From: Eledone cirrhosa
Lineage: Eukaryota
Assembly: GCA_964016885.1 (NCBI GenBank)
Contig: OZ024751.1
Coordinates: 13,330,001-13,394,000, forward strand
Direction of reading: 5' to 3'
Length of the DNA stretch: 64,000 nt
Position 1 is the first letter of the stretch. Every line of letters starts with the position of its first letter. The notes beneath the pieces were generated by a model that saw nothing but the letters and a program-made list of their open reading frames with translations, made no database searches and was not told where the DNA came from. Position numbers and translations under genes: made by a program. Positions 59,676 through 64,000 of the stretch are shown here, piece by piece.

Positions 59676-60439
59676 TAGATATATATATACATTTATATAC
59701 GCGTTTAGTGTAACGAAATTGAATGTCGTTCAATAGTTAGATTCGAACCTTTACATACCGCTTGAGTAAACTTTACCTGTCAAGTACCAGTCATATTTTA
59801 GGTCAATTAAATCAACTCTACATTACCCCACATCCCCTCAAACAGAATTGTCGCCTTGTGTCTATATCTAAAATCAATATATCAGAGTTATTGATCGGTT
59901 CTGTGTGCGTGTGTGCGTGTGCGTGTGTGTTTGCGCGTGTGCGTGTGTGTGTTTAAGGGCCAAGTGTGGTGGAATTTGTAGAATGCAACAGAACCACATC
60001 AAGATCTTCAGCAACTCAATTGGTACCAACAAAGTTATCACCTACTACCACCATCATCACCAACGTCAGCACCGCTATCAGCACCACCATCATCATCACC
60101 ATCATCAGCATCAGTATCACCATCAACACCAGCATCATCATCACCACAAACTACCATCATCATCACCATCACCACAACTATCACCAACACAATCACCGCC
60201 ATCACTACCTACCACCGTCAACACCGACCGCCAACACCACCACTACCACCATCATCACAACCACCATCACAACTATTATCACCACAACCATCAACCCCAC
60301 CGTCACAACAACTATCGCCAACACCATAACCGCCACCACTACCTTCCACCATCACGCCATCACCACCACCTACAACCACTATCACCACCACCATCACCAC
60401 TACCTACCATCACGCCATCCACACCAACTACCACCACCA

Positions 60440-61110
60440 TTACCACCACCATCACCACTACCAACCATTACGCCATCACCACCAACTACCACCATTAACA
60501 CCGACACTATCACCACCACCATCACCACTACCAACCATTACGCCATCACCACCAATAACACCGACACTATCACCACCACCATCACCACTACCAACCATTA
60601 CGCCATCACCACCATTAACACCGACACTATCACCACCACCATCACCACTACCAACCATTATGCCATCACCACCATTAACACCGACACTATCACCACCACC
60701 ATCACCACTACCAACCATTACGCCATCACCACAATTAACACCGACACTATCACCACCACCATCACCACTACCAACCATTATGCCATCACCACCATTAACA
60801 CCGACACTATCACCACCACCATCACCACTACCAACCATTACGCCATCACCACCAATAACACCGACACTATCACCACCACCATCACCACTACCAACCATTA
60901 CGCCATCACCACCATTAACACCGACACTATCACCACCACCATCACCACTACCAACCATTACGCCATCACCACCATTAACACCGACACTATCACCACCACC
61001 ATCACCACTACCAACCATTACGCCATCACCACCATTAACACCGACACTATCACCACCACCATCACCACTACCAACCATTACGCCATCACCACCACCATCA
61101 CCACTACCAA
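60440..61110. repeat. 60-bp minisatellite, about 11 near-identical units
   Basis: Lines 60541-61080 are nearly identical. Confidence 0.97.
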
Positions 61111-61415
61111 CCATCACACCATCACCACCAACCACCACCATTAACACCGACCACCATCACCACCACCTACCACCGACCACTATCACCACTACCATCACCA
61201 CCATCACCACTACCAACCACTACGCCATCACCACCACTACCTACCACCGCCAATACCGACCACCACCACCACCACCACCATCATCATCACCACTACCAAC
61301 CTTCACCACCGTCAATACCGACCACTATCACCATCACCATGCCACCACCACCACTACGATCAAGTCATCAACATCACCTACCAACCGTTATCGATGTCAA
61401 TGGGAAAAAACAACA

Positions 61416-62764
<1,349 letters not shown>

Positions 62765-63201
62765 TATATAACAGTTATGTATTGGGGTCAATTAAATTGA
62801 CTTTACCCCACCTAACACATGTCACCCTAAGCCTACCTCAGAATCGATAATGTTTATATAATTAATATTGTTGTATATTAACAATACACATTGTACAGTC
62901 ACATTCTGTTTATTTATGAATACAAACCTTTTAAAAAATTGTTTGAATATTTAAATGTTATTTTTATGCAGTTCAATGACATATGCTGAATCGGTAGAGC
63001 GACATACAAAACAGCTGTGATTGTATGTATGTCAGACAAAGTAAGAACAAGAATGATAGGAGTGGAAGGTTGAGGAAGGATAATAATTGTTTCTGGCAAA
63101 TACAGGGACCAGACCAACGATTGGGGCTGTTGGTCAAGCTCTCGAAATAGTCGGACATCAAATATAACTATTTCTTTAGCACTCAGTGACGTGTCAGTCA
63201 A

Positions 63202-63485
63202 TCATACTGATGTCCTCCCCACAGCCCCGGCGGACAGAATGGAGAAGGCGTTTCCCCGGAGGACGGCAAGGGAGACGCGCTGGAAGAGCCATTCCGACTC
63301 GCGGGGCTCACACCTAGAGCTGGCCAGCTCAGCGCCTATGGTGGGGAGTAGGGAGGTAGCCCTAGGGTCGAGGACACCAGCAGAAATGTCCCCTGCCAAG
63401 GGTACGACCGCAAACCTGTCGAAGAGCGACCCGTATTTGGAGGGCTTGGCCTCCTCAGCCCGACGTGCAGCAGAACCTGGGTTGT
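63202..63485 (-). mobile_element. CRE-clade non-LTR retrotransposon 3' fragment (restriction-like endonuclease C-terminus)
   Basis: PGSAARRAEEAKPSKYGSLFDRFAVVPLA...ESEWLFQRVSLAVLRGNAFSIL matches the CRE-type (F/L)QRxSxAxxRGNA terminus. Confidence 0.8.
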
Positions 63486-63506
63486 GGTGTTATTAAGACT
63501 ATTTAT

Positions 63507-63713
63507 GCTGGTAGGTTGTTAGAGCATCGGATAAAATGTTTTGTAGTATTTATTTACTGATCTTTACGTTCTCAGTTCAAATCCCGCCGCGATCAGCTTT
63601 GCCTTTCGTCCACACGGGGTCGATGAAATAAAGTACCAGTAATGCACTGGGGGCGGTTTAATCGACTACCGCTTTCCCAAAATGCTGGACTTGTGCCAAA
63701 AGTAGAAACAATT
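63507..63713 (+). mobile_element. S1-related SINE
   Basis: B box, central domain, 3' end. Confidence 0.85.
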
Positions 63714-63728
63714 ATTATATATACTTTC

Positions 63729-63903
63729 TGGCATAGAGTTACAGTCCTTTACGTTCTGAGTTCAAATCCCGTCGATGTTAGCTTTGCCTTTCATCCTTAC
63801 GGGGTAGATGAAATAAAAAGTAGCAGTAATGCGCTGGGGTCGATCTAATCGACTGTCCCCTCCTAGCAGAAATTGTTAGTCTTGTGTCAAAATCAGTAAC
63901 TAT
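63729..63903 (+). mobile_element. S1-related SINE
   Basis: B box, central domain, decayed 3' end. Confidence 0.8.
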
Positions 63904-64000
63904 TATTAAAGCAGAACCAGAACCTCATCGGATAAACTAAATCTTTCTACCTGACCTTCTAAAGACTTTATCAATGAGTTCCACCTCCTGGCATATGTTA

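Overview
AT-rich, repeat-saturated eukaryotic DNA with no recognisable host exon, rRNA, tRNA or CRISPR array. Almost all ORFs in the track are translations of micro/minisatellites. The repeat landscape (tRNA-headed SINEs, RTE/Rex3 and CRE LINE fragments, mariner/Tigger/hAT remnants, kb-long (TA)n and (CAC/CAT)n arrays) resembles a cephalopod, probably Octopus, intron or intergenic region; this is inferred from recalled repeat sequences and not verified. The main signal is about 19 type I hammerhead ribozyme (HHR) motifs (CTGANGA-stem II-GAAA-short, often palindromic, linker-TH) in roughly 8-10 sequence-unrelated, short Penelope-like (PLE)/retrozyme-like families, nearly all inserted in (TA)n. 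Most insertions are asymmetric fold-backs with a long arm and a short arm. In seven families the short arm stops about 2-12 nt before a shared ACTC...GAGT-type stem, which lies about 45-75 nt from the 3' end of the long arm. In one case the inverted arm begins exactly at the predicted ribozyme cleavage site. One family is a 436-bp head-to-tail HHR-bounded monomer, a candidate circRNA-producing non-LTR retrozyme. Coordinates were read by eye and may be off by a few bases.
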